From NCBI RefSeq assembly GCF_009914755.1, contig NC_060932.1: a stretch of 64,000 nt of DNA. One strand, given 5' to 3'. This document shows positions 13,860 through 26,831 of this stretch, one piece after another. The notes beneath the pieces were generated by a model. It was not told the origin of the DNA, did not search any database, and saw nothing but the letters and a program-made list of their open reading frames with translations. Position 1 is the stretch's first letter. Every line of letters starts with the position of its first letter. Origin of the DNA: the human T2T-CHM13v2.0 reference genome, Homo sapiens. The position numbers and the translations under genes were made by a program.

Positions 13860-16830
13860 TCGTAGATGCTTTCAGTAACTCTTACAGTGGAGGGTAAGTC
13901 TGTCCCCTTCTTAATAAATATGGAGGCTACCCACTCCACATTACCTTCTCTTCAAGGGCCTGTTTCTCTTGCCTCCATAACTATTGTGAGTATTGACGGC
14001 TAGGATTCTAAACCTCTTAAAACTCTCCAAATCTGATGCCAACTTGGACAACATTCTTTTATGCACTTCTTTTTAGTTATCCTCACCTGCCCAACTCTCT
14101 TGGGTCAAGGGAGTTGGGTCAAGACATTTTAACTAAATTAACTGTTTCCCTGACTATTCCTAGGCTACAGCCATACCTCATTGCTGCCCTTTTCCCCAGT
14201 TCAAAGCCTCCTTCTCACCTTCCCCTTGTATCTCCCCACCTTAATCCACAGGTATGGGACACCTCTACTCCCTCCTTGGTGACCGATTATGCACCCCTTA
14301 CAATCCCATTAAAACCTAATCACCCTTACCCTGCTCATTGCCAATATCCCATCCCACAGCACGCTTTAAAAGGATTAAAGCCTGTTATCACTCACCTGTT
14401 ACAGCATGGCGATTTTAAAGCCTATAAACTCTCCTTGCAATTTTTAAAGCCTATAAACTCCCCATTTTGCCTGTCCAAAAAACGGACAAGTCTTACAAGT
14501 GAGTTCAGGATCTGCACCTTACCAACCAAATTATTTTGCTTATCCTCCCTATGGTGCCAATCCCATATACTCTCCTATCCTCAATACCTCCCTACACAAC
14601 CTATTATTATTCTGTTCTGGATCTCAAACATGCTTTATTTACTATTCCTTTGCACCCTTCATCCCAGCCTCTCTTCACTTTCACTTGGACTGACCCTGAC
14701 ACCCATCAGCCTCAGCAACTTACCTGGGCTGTACTGCCACAGGGCTTTGCAGACAGCCTCCATTACTTCAGTCAAGCCCAAATTTCTTCTTCATCCATTA
14801 CCTATCTTAGCATAATTCTTCATGCAAACACATGGATTCTCCCTGCCAATTGCGTCTGACTGATCTCTCCAGCCCAATCCCTTCTACAAAACAGCAACTG
14901 CTTTCCTTCCTGGGCATTGTTGGATACTTTCGCCTTTGGATACCTGGTTTTGCCATCCTAACAAAACGATTATATAAGCTCACAAAAGGAAACCTAGCTG
15001 ACCCCATATATCCTAAATCATTTCCCCACTCCTCTTTCCTTTCCTTGAAGACAGCTTTAAAGACTGCTCCCACAGTAGCTCTCCCTGACTCATCCCAACC
15101 CTTTTCATTACTCACAGCCACAGTGCAGGGCTTATGCAGTCAGAATTCTTACACAAGGACCGGGACCATGCCCTGTAGCCTTTTTGTCCAAACAACTTGA
15201 CCTTACTGTTTTAGGCTGGCCATCATGTCTCCATGCGGTGGCTGCCACCATCCTAATACTTTTAGAGGCCCTCAAAATCACAAACTATGCTCAACTCACT
15301 CTCTACAGTTCTTATAACTTCCAAAATCTATTTTCTTCCTCACACCTGATGCATATACTTTCTGCTCTCCAGCTCCTTCAGCTATACTCACTCTTTGTTG
15401 AGTCTCCCACAATTACCATTGTTCCTGGCCCAGACTTCAATCTGGTCTCCCACATTATTCTGGATACCACTCGTGACCCCCATGACTGTTTCTCTCTGAT
15501 CCAGATGACATTCACTCCATTTCCCTATATTTCCTTCTCTCCTGTTCCTCACACTGATCACACTTGGTTTATTGATGGCAGTTCCACCAGGCCTAATCGT
15601 CACTCACCAGCAAAGGCAGGCTATGCTATAGTATCTTCCACATCTATCATTGAGGCTACCTCTCTGCCTCCCTCCACTACCTCTCAGCAAGCCAAACTCA
15701 TTGCCTTAACTCGAGCCTTCACTCTTGCAAAGGGACTATGTGTCATTATTTATACTGACTCAAAATATGCCTTCCATATCCTGCACCACCATGCTGTTAT
15801 ATAGGCTGAAAGAAGTCTCATCACTATGCAAGGGTCCTCCATCATTAATGCCTCTTTAATAAAAACTCTTCTCAAGGCTGCTTTACTTCCAAAGGAAGCT
15901 GGAGTCATTGACTGCAAGGGCCACCAAAAGGCATCAGATCCTATCGCTCAGGGCAATGCTTATGCTAATCAGGTAGCTAAAGAAGCAGCTAGCGTTCCAA
16001 CTTCTCTCCCTCATGGTCAATTTTTCTCCTTCTCATGGGTCACTCCCACCTACTTTCCCACTGAAACTTCCACCTATCAATCTCTTCCCACACAAGGCAA
16101 ATGGTTCTTGGACCAAGGAATATATCTCCTTCCAGCCTCACAGGCCCATTTTATTCTGTCGTCATTTCATAACCTTTTCCATGAGGGTTACAATCTGCTA
16201 GCCCATCTCTTAAAACCTCTCTTTTCCTTTCCATTGTAAAAATCTATCCTCAAGGAAATCACTTCTCAGTGTTCCATCTGCTATTCTACTACTCCTCAGG
16301 GATTGTTCAGACCCCCTCCCTTCCCTACATATCAAGCTTGAGAATTTGCCCCTGCCCAGGACTGGCAAATTGACTTTATTCACATGCCCCAAGTCAGGAA
16401 ACTAAAATACCTCTTGGTCTGGGTAGACACTTTCACTGGATGGGTAGAGGCCTTTCCCACAGGGTCTGAGAAGGCCACCGTGGTCATTTCTTCCTTCTGT
16501 CAGACATAATTCCTTGGTTTGGCCTTCCCACCTCTATGCAATCTGATAACAGACCATCCTTTACTAGTCAAATCACCCAAGCAGTTTCTCAGGCTCTTGG
16601 TATTCAGTGGAAACTTCATAACCCTTACTGTCCTTAATCTTCAGGAAAGGTAAAATGGACTAATAGTCTTTTAAAGACACACCTCGCCAAGCTCAGCCTC
16701 CAACTTAAAAAGGACTGGACAGTACTTTTACCTCTTGTCCTTCTCCGAATTAGAGTCTGTCCTTGGGATGCTACAGGGTACAGCTCTTTTGAGCTCCTGT
16801 ATGGAGGCTCCTTTTTATTAGGCCCAGTCT
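13860..16830 (+). pseudogene. pol: HERV-H pro-pol remnant (PR, RT, RNase H, IN)
   Basis: VLDLKHALF and WAVLPQGF (RT; the YxDD segment is deleted), WFIDGSS and YTDSKY (RNase H), WQIDFIHMP (IN); split across frames. Confidence 0.9.
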
Positions 16831-17091
16831 AAGTCCAGACACCAGCCCAACTTGAACTGCACCCCAAAAACTTGTCATCCTTACTATCTTCTGTCTAGTC
16901 ATACTCCTATTCACCATCCTCAACTACTCATAAATACCTTACCTTTCTTTACACTGCCGGTTTACACCTTTCCTTCAAACCATCATAACTGATATCTCCT
17001 GGTTTTACCTCAAACCACCACCCTTAATTATCTCTTAAAGTGGATAGATAATCTTTGCTGACAGGAAGTACACTCCAATACTTTCACCCTG

Positions 17092-17654
17092 ATGAAGTCC
17101 TATTCTTTACTTTTATACTCACTCTTATTCTCGCTCCCATTCTTATGCCACCCTCTACCTCTCCCCAGCTATCTCCACCACACTATCAATCTCGCTCGCT
17201 CTGTCCTAGCCATTTCTAATCCTTCTTTAACAAACAATTGCTGGCTTTGCATTTCTCTTTCTTCCAAAATCGCCGAGGACTCGACTTACTCACTGCTAAA
17301 AAAAATGAGACTCTATGTTTTTAAATGAAAAGTGTTTTTACCTAAATCAATCTGGCCTGGTGTATGACAACATAAAAAAACTCAAGGATGGAGCCCCAAA
17401 ACTCACCAACCAAGCAAGTAATTATGCTGAACCCCCTTGGGGCACTCTCTAATTGGATGTCCTGGGTCCTTCCAATTCTTAGTCCTTTAATGCCTGCTTT
17501 ATTCCTTCTCTTATTCAGACCTTGTGTCTTCCATTTAGTTTCTCAATTCATACAAAACTGCATCCAGGCCATCACCAATCATTCTATATCACAAATCCTC
17601 CTTCTAACAACCCCACAATATCACCCCTTACCACAAAATCTTCCTTCAGCTTAA
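17092..17654 (+). pseudogene. env: HERV-H env remnant (mostly deleted)
   Basis: Signal peptide and NNCWLCISL followed almost directly by the TM C-terminal part (WMSWVLPILSPL..FIQNCIQAI). Confidence 0.8.
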
Positions 17655-17813
17655 GCTCTCCCACTCTAGGTTCCCACATCACCCCTAATTCCACTCTAAG
17701 CAGCCCTGAGAAACATCACCCATTATCTCTCCATACCACCCCCCAAAAATTTTCAATGCCCCAACACTTCAATACTATTTTGTTATTTTTCTTATAATAT
17801 AAGAAGACAGGAA

Positions 17814-18178
17814 TGTCAGACCTCTGAGCCCAAGCCTGCACATATACATCCAGATGGCCTGAAGCAAGTGAAGATTCACAAAAGAAGTGAAAATGGCCGG
17901 TTCCTACCTTGACTGATGACATTACCTTGTGAAATTCCTTCTCCTGGCTTGGAAGCTCCCCAACTGAGCACCTTGTGACCCCTGCCCCTGCCTGCCAGAA
18001 AACAACCCCCTTTGACTGTAATTTTCCACTATCTACCCAAATCCTATAAAACGGCCCCACCCCTATCTCCCTTCACTGACTCGTTTTGGACTCAGCCCAC
18101 CTGCACCCAGGTGATTAAAAAGCTTTATTGTTCACACAAAGCCTGTTTGGTGTTCTCTTCACATGAACATGCATGACA
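17814..18178 (+). promoter_or_regulatory. HERV-H 3' LTR
   Basis: Direct repeat of the 5' LTR following the PPT; ends ATGACA. Confidence 0.95.
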
Positions 18179-18399
18179 GAAATTATTTATTTCCCTCTAA
18201 ATATACCATGACAAATCTTAGTCACTTATTATTTATGCATTATTTTCTGCAAAGATTTGGGGAAAGAATGTGAATGTTTCAAGGAATGCTGTCAAGGGTT
18301 CTCCTCAAACCCACACAATTAGAAATAAATTGGTATAGATTGAGTTTAGGAACACGGAAGCTGAGTGTTATGTAGTGGGGAGTCCTATACAACAAGAAT

Positions 18400-18493
18400 G
18401 AACTACTTACATGAGGTTTCCTGGCTGGTCTCTGCCTTCACTTTCTTAGAACTCTTTGTTTCTTGGGCTCTTTCTTCATCTATCAAATGATGG
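18400..18493 (+). mobile_element. MIR, left part (interrupted by ERV9; resumes ~27676-27792)
   Basis: tttcttcatctatcaaatgatgg | caataatataatagtaaaagctacctc..aaatgttagccattat rejoins into the MIR core and 3' end. Confidence 0.65.
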
Positions 18494-19403
18494 TGAGAGG
18501 TGAAGCTGGCTGGGCTTCTAGGTCAGATGGGGACTTGGAGAACTTTTCTGTCTAGCTAAATGATTGTAAATGCACCAATCAGCACTCTGTTTCTAGCTAA
18601 AGGTTTGTAAATGCACCAATCAGCACTCTGTTTCTAGCTAATCAGGTGGGGACTTGGAGAACTTTTCTGTCTAGCTAAAGATTGTAAACACACCAATCAG
18701 CACTGCGTGTCTAGCTAAATGTTTGTAAATGCACCAATCAGTGCTCTGTGTCTAACTAATCAGGTGGGGACTTGGAGAACTTTTCTGTCTAGCTAAAGGA
18801 TTGTAAATGCACTAATCACCACTCTGTGTCTAGCTAAAGGTTTGTAAACACACCAATTAGCGCTCTGTAAAATGGACCAATCAGCTTTCTGTAAAATGGA
18901 CCAATCAGCTCCCTGTAAAATGGACCAATCAGCAGGATATGGGTGGGGCCAGATAAGAGAATAAAAGCAGGCCAGCTGAGCCAGCACTGGTAACCTGCTT
19001 GGGTCCCCTTCCACTCTGTGGAAGCTTTGTTCTTTCACTCTTTGGAATAAATCTTGCTGCTGCTCACTCTTTGGGCCCACGCCACCTTTATAAGCTATAA
19101 CTGTGTGAAGGTCTGCAGCTTCACTCCTGAAGTCAGTGAGACCATGAACACACCACGAGGAATGAACAACTCCAGATGCACCACCTTTATAAACTGTAAC
19201 ACTCACTGTGAAGGTCTGCAGCTTCACTCCTAAAGTCAGCGAGACCACAAACCCACCAGAAGGAAGAAAGTCTGGACATGTCTGAACATCAGAAGGAACA
19301 AACTCCAGACACACCATCTTTAAGAACTGTAACACTCACTGCGAGGGTCCGCGGCTTCATTCTTGAAGTCAGCGAGACCAAAAGCCCACCAATTCCAGAC
19401 ATA
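18494..19403 (+). promoter_or_regulatory. ERV9 5' LTR (LTR12) with tandem CCAAT-box repeats
   Basis: About 8 CCAAT motifs in ~40-bp and 24-bp repeats, GC-box-like gggtggggc, AATAAAA TATA-equivalent ~18960; repeated U5 units. Confidence 0.93.
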
Positions 19404-19406
19404 TTT

Positions 19407-19424
19407 TGGTGACCACGAAGGGAC
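19407..19424 (+). other. Primer binding site, tRNA-Arg type
   Basis: TGGTGACCACGAAGGGAC directly after the LTR; ERV9 is known to use tRNA-Arg. Confidence 0.85.
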
Positions 19425-20554
19425 CATTGCCTATTGCCAAGTGGTGAGACTATCACCTATCGCCAAGCGGTGAGTGCCATCAGACCCCTCTCACTTGCTA
19501 GTCTGTCCTATTTTTCCTTAGAATTCAGGGGCTAAATACTGGGCACCTGTTGGCCAGTCAAAAGCAAGTCTTTAGGCTGCCAGACAAAAGACACGGGTGT
19601 CAGGCTTTCTGGGAAAGGGCTTTCTAACAACTCTCAACTCTTTGGAGTTGGGAGCATTGGTTTGCCTGGAACCAGCTTCCACTTTTCCTCTACTTCTGGG
19701 CTGAACTGAGGGTCATCAGAGAGGAAAGGCATTCAGCTCTGGAGTCCCAACAACAAGTTAGTTGACCCTGAGGCCATGAGTGGAACTCTCAAAGTCATGC
19801 CGCCCAAGCAAAACTCACCAATCTATCTTATCTATCCTGACCCTTGTCTCCTGGGTCTTAATGCCTGTCAGAAAAACTTCCTCTCACCTCTCTTCTCCAA
19901 GGCTAGTCCTGTTTCTAAAAACCACTCCCTGTCTCTTGTGCTTTTCCAGTTTTTCCTGTAAGAATGATTTCTAGTATAAACTCCAGGACTCTGTTACCTT
20001 CTTTAGGCACCCAGGCTCACCAATCAGAAAGACATAATTTTTGCCCAAAGCCCCATCATAGGGGGGACTATCTGGAATTTTAGGACCCCTCAGATCTAGC
20101 AGGCCTGACAAAAGCTATTCCTGAAGCTACGATATGGGGAGCCTCAGAAATTGTATCCTTCCTATTCATATAAGTAAGGACAAAAGCTGTCACTCTCCCA
20201 ACCCTGGAGATCACTTCCCTCCCTCAGGGTATGGCCCTAAACTTCATTTTTGGAGCATAACATCTTTATAGGACATGGGTAAGGTCCCAATACTAACAGG
20301 AGAATGCTTAGGACTCTAACAGGTTTTTGAATGTGTTGGTAAGGGCCACTAAATCTGGTTTTTCTCGGTCCTCTTTGTGGTCTAGGAGGACAGGCAAGGG
20401 TGCAAGTTTTCGAGAATGTGTCAGTAAGGACCACTAAATCTGACCTTCCTCAGTCCTCCTTGTGGTCTGGGAGGAAAACTAGTGTTTCTATTGCTGTGTC
20501 AGTGAGCGCAACTATTCTGATCAGCAGGGTCCAGGGGCAATTGCGGGTTCTTGG

Positions 20555-21343
20555 GTAGGTGTTGTTTCTTTAATGAAAAGAATGTGGCTTTGGCTGCAGC
20601 CCGAGAGTTTGGAGATACCTGGTATCTTAGTCAAGTAAATGACAGAATGACAGCTGAAGAAAGGGGCAAATTCCCTACAGGTCAGCAAGCCGTCCCCAGT
20701 ATGGATCCCCACTGGGACCTTGAATCAGATCATAAGGACTGGAGTCGTAAACATCTGTTGACCTGTGTAAAAGCCCATGAATTATTCAGTGATGTCCACC
20801 ATAACTCAGGGAAAGGAAGAAAATCCTTCTGCCTTCCTCGAGTGGCTATGGGATGCCTTAAGAAAATATACTCCCCTGTCACCCGAATCACTCAATGGTC
20901 AATTGATTCTAAAAGATAAGTTTATTACCCAATCAGCTGCAGATATCAGGAGAAACCTCCAAAAGTAAGCCCTGGGCCCTGAACAAAATCTGGAGGCATT
21001 ATTAAACCTGGTAACCTTGGTGTTCCATAATAGGGATCAAGAGGAACAGGCCCAAAAGGAAAAGTGAGATCAGAGAAAGGCCCCAGCCTTAGTCATGGCC
21101 CTCAGACAAACAAACCTTGGTTGTTCAGAGAGGACAGATAATGGAGCAGGCCAATCACACGGTAGGGCTTGTTATTAGTGTGGTTTACAAGGACACTTAA
21201 AAAAAGCTTGTCCAATGAGAAATGAGCCACCCCCTCATCCATGTCCACTATGCTGAGGCAATCACTGGAAGGTGCACTGCCCCAGAGGACAAAGGTTCTC
21301 TGGGTCAGAAGCCCCCAACCAGATGATCCAACAACAGGACTGA
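20555..21343 (+). pseudogene. gag: ERV9 gag remnant (5' part missing)
   Basis: Capsid segments AAAREFGDTWY and QGKEENPSAFLE (major homology region), degenerate knuckle CPLC*GNHWKVHC; stops. Confidence 0.85.
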
Positions 21344-24300
21344 GGTTGCCCAGGGCAAGTGCCAGCTCATGTTATCACCCTTACTGAGCCCTGGGTATGT
21401 TTAGCCATTGAAGGCCAGGAAATTGACTTCCTCCTGGACACTGGCATGGCCTTCTCAGTGCTAATCTCCTGTCCCGGATGACTGTCCTCAAGGTCCGTTA
21501 CCATCTGAAGAATCCTGGGACAGCCTGTAATCAGGTATTTCTCCCACCTCCTCCGTTGTATTTGGGAGACTTTGCTCTTTTCACATGCCTTTCTTGTTAT
21601 GCCTGAAAGTCCCACACCCTTATTAGGGAAGGATATATTAGCCAACCTGGAGCTATTATCTACATGAATGTGGGGAACAAGTTACCCATTTGTTGTCCTC
21701 TACTTGAAGAGGGAATCAACCCTGAAGTCTGGGCATTGGAAGGGCAATCTGGAAGGGCAAAAAATGCCCACCCAGTCCAAATCAGGCTAAAAGACCCCAC
21801 CACTTTTCCTTATCAAAGGCAATATCCCTTAAGACCTGAAGCTCATAAAGGATTACAGGATATTGTTAAACATTTAAAAACTCAAGGCTTAGTAAGGAAA
21901 TGCAGCAGTCCCTGCAACACCCCAATTCTGGGAGTATAAAAACTGAACAGTCAGTGGAGACTAGTGAAACATCTCAGACTCATCAGTGAGGCAGTAATTC
22001 CCTATATCTAGTTGTACCCAACCCCTATACCCTGCTCCCTCAAATACCAGAGGAAGCAGAATGGTTCACTGTTCTGGACCTCAAGGATGGCTTCTTCTGT
22101 ATTCCCCTGCACTCTGACTCCTAGTTTCTCTATGCCTTTGAGGATCCCACAGACCACACGTCCCAACTTACATGGACAATCTTGCCCCAAGGGTGTAGGG
22201 ATAGCCCTCACCTGTTTGGTCAGGCACTGGCCCAAGATCTAGGCCACTTCTCAAGTCCAGGCACTCTGGTCCTTCAGTATGTGGATGATTTACTTTTGGC
22301 TACCAGTTCAGAAGCCTTGTGCCAGCAGGCTACTCTAGATCTCTTGAACTTTCTAGCTAATCAAGGGTACAAGGTGTCTAGGTCAAAGGGATACAGCGAG
22401 ATAGCCAGGCCCCTCTATTGTCTAGTCAAGGAGACCCAGAGGGCAAATACTCATCTAGTAGAATGGGAACCAAGGGCAGAAACAGACTTCAAAACCTTAA
22501 AGCAGACCCTAGTACAAGCTCCAGCTTTAAGCCTTCCGACCGGACAAAACTTCTCTTTATACATCACAGAGAGAGCAGGGATAGCCCTTGGAGCCCTTAC
22601 TCAGACTCAGGGGACAACCCCACAACCAGTGGCATACCTAAGTAAGGAAATTGAGGTAGTAGCAAAAGGCTGGCCTCACTGTTTATGGGTAGTTGCGGCG
22701 GTGGCCATCTTAGTGTCAGAGGCTATCAAAATAATACAAGGAAAGGATCTCACTGTCTGGACTACTCATGACGTAAATGGCATACTAGCTGCCAAAGGAA
22801 GTTTATGGCTATTAGACAACCACCTACTTAGATACCGGGTGCTACTCTTTGAGGGACCAGTGCTCCAAATACGTATGTGTGTGGCCATCAACCCTGCCAC
22901 TTTTCTCCCAGAGGATGGGGAACCAATCGAGCATGACTGCCAACAAATTATAGTCCAGATTTATGCCGCCCAAGATGATCTCTTAGAAGTCCCCTTAGCT
23001 AATCCTAACCGTAATCTATATACCAATGGAAGTTCATTGGTGGAGAATGGGATATGAAGAGCAGGTTATGCTATAGTTAGTGATGTAACCATACTTAAAA
23101 GTAAACCTCTTCCCCCAGGGACCAGTGCCCAGTTAGCAGAACTGGTGGCACTTACCCGAGCCTTAGAACTGGGAAAGGGAAAAAGAATAAATGTGTATAC
23201 AGATAGCAAGTATGCTTATCTAATCCTACATGCCCATGCTGCAATATGGAAAGAAAGGGAATTCCTAACCTCTGGGGGAACCCCCATTAAATACCACAAG
23301 GAAATTATGGAGTTATTGTACGCAGTGCAAAAACCCAAGGAGGTGGCAGTCTTACACTGCCAAAGCCATCAGAAAGGTGAAGGAGAAAAGGTGGAATGAA
23401 ACCGTAGGGAAGATGCTGAGGGCAAAATTGCTGCCAGGGAGAACCTCCCATTAGAAATACCTATGGAAGGACACTTGGTATGGAACAACCCCCTCCAAGA
23501 GATTAAGCCCCAGTATTCCCCAACTGAAACACAATGGGGACCTTCATGGGGGCATAGTTTTCTCCCCTTGGGGTAGTTAATAATAGAAGAAGGAAAGGTA
23601 CTTATACCCAAACACAGCCAGTGGAAAATACTTAAAACCTTCCACAAAACTTTTCATATGGGCATTGAAAACACTCATCAAATGGCCAAATCCCTATTTA
23701 CAGGGCCAAATCTCCTCTGAACCATCCAACAGGTAGTCAAAGCCTGTGAGGTGTGCCAAAAGAATAATCTCTTGGTTCATTGTAAGGCCCAGAGGACTGG
23801 CAGTTAGACTTCACCCATATGCCTAAGTCAAAGGGATTTCAATACTTGTTGGTCTGTGTTGATACTTTTACAAATTGGATAGAGGCTTTCCCCTGCAAGA
23901 CAGAGAAGGCTCAGGAAGTGATTAAAGTCCTAATTCATGAAATAATTCCTAGATTTTGGCTTCCCCAAAACTTGCAGAGTGACAATGGTCTGGCTTTTAA
24001 AGCCACAGTAACTCAGGGAATTTCCAGAGTGCTAGGGATACAATATCACCTTCACTGCGCCTGGAGGCCACAATCCTCAGGGAAGGTTGAGAAGGCAAAT
24101 GAAACACTGAAGAGGCACTTAAGGAAACTAACACAAGAAACTCATCTCCCATGGCCTACTCTTTTGCCCATGGCCTTGTTGAGAATCTGAAATTCTCCTC
24201 ACAAAATGGGGCTCAGTCCATATGAAATGCTGTATGGACGACCTTTTCTCACAAATGACCTCCTACTTGATCAGGAAATGGCCAACTTGGTGAAAGATGT

Positions 24301-24600
24301 AACTTCTTTGGCAAAATATCAACAAAACCTTAAAAACCCACCTGAAGGTTCTCAGAGAAAAGGGAATAGAGTTGTTTCAACCAGGAGATCTAGTGTTGGT
24401 CAAATCTCTCCCCTCTACCTGCCCATCTATGGACTCTTTGTGGGAAGGACCATACTCAGTAATCATCCCTACCTCCACTGCAGGTAAGATGGCAGGAGTG
24501 GAATCTTGGATTCACCACACCCAAGTTAAACTTTGGACACACCCTGAGGAACCTGTGGGGCCGTCAGCTCAGGAGTCCCAAGATCAGCCAGACTAGCCTC
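21344..24600 (+). pseudogene. pol: ERV9 pro-pol remnant
   Basis: FLLDTG (PR), LPQG..YVDD (RT), AELVAL/VYTDSKY (RNase H), DFTH/SDNG/KVEKANE (IN), GPY motif; many stops. Confidence 0.93.
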
Positions 24601-24940
24601 CAATGGTGAACCACTGGAGGACTTGCATCTATTTCAGAAGGAAACATCCCAGACTAAAAAGGCTCCTACTACTGATCCTCAGGAAAAAAAACCCTTCTTC
24701 CTTAAGAAAGATAAGTGAAAACCTACATAATCTTTATCTTTAACACCTCTCCTTGCCCCTTTAATGGAATCCTTTTACTATTTCATCATATTATTAAGCA
24801 GTATAATAACCATACTCTTTGCAATAGGAATATATACTGTAGCTCCTGCCAGGATGAAAATTCTAATCACATCAACCTTCTTTCTATCTTCCTTCCTTTT
24901 GACAGCAATTCACTCCTACCTTTAACTCAGACTGGATAAA

Positions 24941-26774
24941 ATGATCTCGTCTTCCAGAGCACCCTCTTTACTGTCCTATTTACTCTTTGCCTATGTATCC
25001 CTCCTGCTTCCTTGGATACCTCATACAATCTTCCCTCCCCTTCCACTAGCTCCTAATTAGTCTTGTAGCTCCTCTACAAGACTCTCAACTTAACCCACTC
25101 TCTGTTAAACCAGTCCAATCCTTCCCTGGTAAATGACTGTTGGCTTTGTATCTCTCTATCAACCTCGGCTTACATTGCCACTCCCATTCCCACAAAAAAA
25201 ATGGGTCTTTACCAACTTAACCTACCACCCTCATTATGAAGCAAAAGACCCTTTCTGGGCTTCTAAACATGCAATCATTAGCCAACTTCCCCATCTCTGA
25301 TAGGACCAAGAATACCCTAACAGGACGTGCAATCCAACTTTTACGTTCCTAGATTTCCAACCTCACCTATTTACACAAGCAAGGAAAAGCCCATACACAG
25401 CCCTGTAATTATGAATACCATCTTAACTTTCCAAGCCCCTTTATGCATCCAATGCAACCTGTTATCAGGCCTGCCCCCGGGGCACCTACTACTCCATCAG
25501 TGTAATTAAACCCCGCAACTTCAAGCCCCAACTGATCATAGTAACTTCCGAGTCACCCAAACAGCTCCATTCAGATGGCTTGTCTGCTTCTCAGGGCCCC
25601 AAAAAATCATCACTTCCTCCCTGCTTAACAAACAGTCCAAGTTTTGTAATGGCAAACATACTCCTTGCATGACCATTCACCCCTGGACCCCCTGCAGCAG
25701 TGCCCCTACCACTAGTGAATGCCTTCTCATCCTCTCTTTCAATCACTCTCTCGATTGTTTCTTAGTAGATACAAAAAGGTTTTTTCTCCAGTGGGAAAAT
25801 AGAACATAGGGAGCCACTCAGTTTGCTCCCAACACCCCTTTCCAGCCACTCACTGGAGCTACCTAGGCAAGTACTCTAGGAGTATGGGAAAATGAAAGCA
25901 ACAAATTCACACACCTTTTTAACATACACAACCAATTCTGTCTACCCAGCCAAGGTATATTCTTATGTGGAACATCGACCTATATCTGCCTCCCCACTAA
26001 CTGGACAGGCACCTGCTCCTTAGTCTTTCTAAGTCCCAACATTATCACTGCCCCAGGAAATCAGACCTTATCAGTACCCCTCAAAGCTCAAGTCCATCAG
26101 TGCAGAGCCGTACAACTAATATCCCTACTTATAGGGTTAGGAATGGCTACTGCTACAGGAACTGGAATAGCCAGTCTATCTACTTCATGATCTTACTACC
26201 ACCACACACTCTCAAAGGATTTCTCAGATAGTTTGCAAGAAATAACGAAATCTATCTTACTCTACAATCCCAAATAGACTCTTTGGGAGCAGTGACTCTC
26301 CAAAACCATGGAGGCCTAGACCTCCTCACTGCTGAGAAAGGAGGATTCTGCACCTTCTTAGGGGAAGAGTGTTATTTTTACACTAACCATTCAGGGATAG
26401 TATGAGATGCTGCCTGGCATTTACAGGAAAAGGCTTCTGAAATCAGACAATGCCTTTCAAACTCTTATACCAACCTCTGGAGTTGGGCAACATGGCTTCT
26501 CCCCTTTCTATGTCCCATGGCAGCCATCTTGCTGTTACTCACCTTTGGGCCCTGTATTTTTAACCTGCTTGTCAAATTCGTTTCCTCTAGAATCGAGGCC
26601 ATCAAGCTACAGATGGTCTTACAAATGGAACCCCAAATGAGTTCAACTAACAACTTTTACCGAGGACCCCTGGACCGACCCACTGGTCCTTCCACTGGCC
26701 TAAAGAGTTCTCCTCTGGAGGACACTACAACTTCATGGCCCCTTCTTCCCCTATATCCAGCAGGAAGTAGCTAG
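24941..26774 (+). pseudogene. env: ERV9 env, near full length but disrupted
   Basis: CWLC motif, mutated furin site before [33 protein letters not shown]6CC degenerated to CTFLGEECY, tail SSRIEAIKLQMVLQMEP; stops and frameshifts. Confidence 0.9.
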
Positions 26775-26831
26775 AGTGGTCATCAGCCAAATTCCCAACA
26801 GCAGTTGGGGTGTCCTGTTTGGAGGGGGGAT

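Larger units (their letters stand above)
11645..18178 (+). mobile_element. HERV-H provirus (LTR7-int-LTR7), common deleted form, ~6.5 kb
   Basis: Two ~365-bp TG..CA LTRs, tRNA-His PBS, PPT aagaagacaggaa (17801-17813), TSD GAAAA/GAAAT, gag-pro-pol-env remnants. Confidence 0.97.

Noticed and set aside
18520-18935. Regularly spaced repeats resembling a CRISPR array
   Set aside because: Tandem LTR12 U3 units with no unique spacers, in a eukaryotic context.
18793-19335. 180-aa antisense ORF repeated at 27182..27607
   Set aside because: Reflects the two LTR copies and their U5 repeats; no coding evidence.
22182-23057. 291-aa ORF containing YVDD as a possible functional reverse transcriptase
   Set aside because: Begins mid-RT without a true ATG, has an internal deletion and is flanked by stops.
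24941-26774. Syncytin-like domesticated env
   Set aside because: Multiple stops and frameshifts; furin site, ISD and CX6CC are all mutated.
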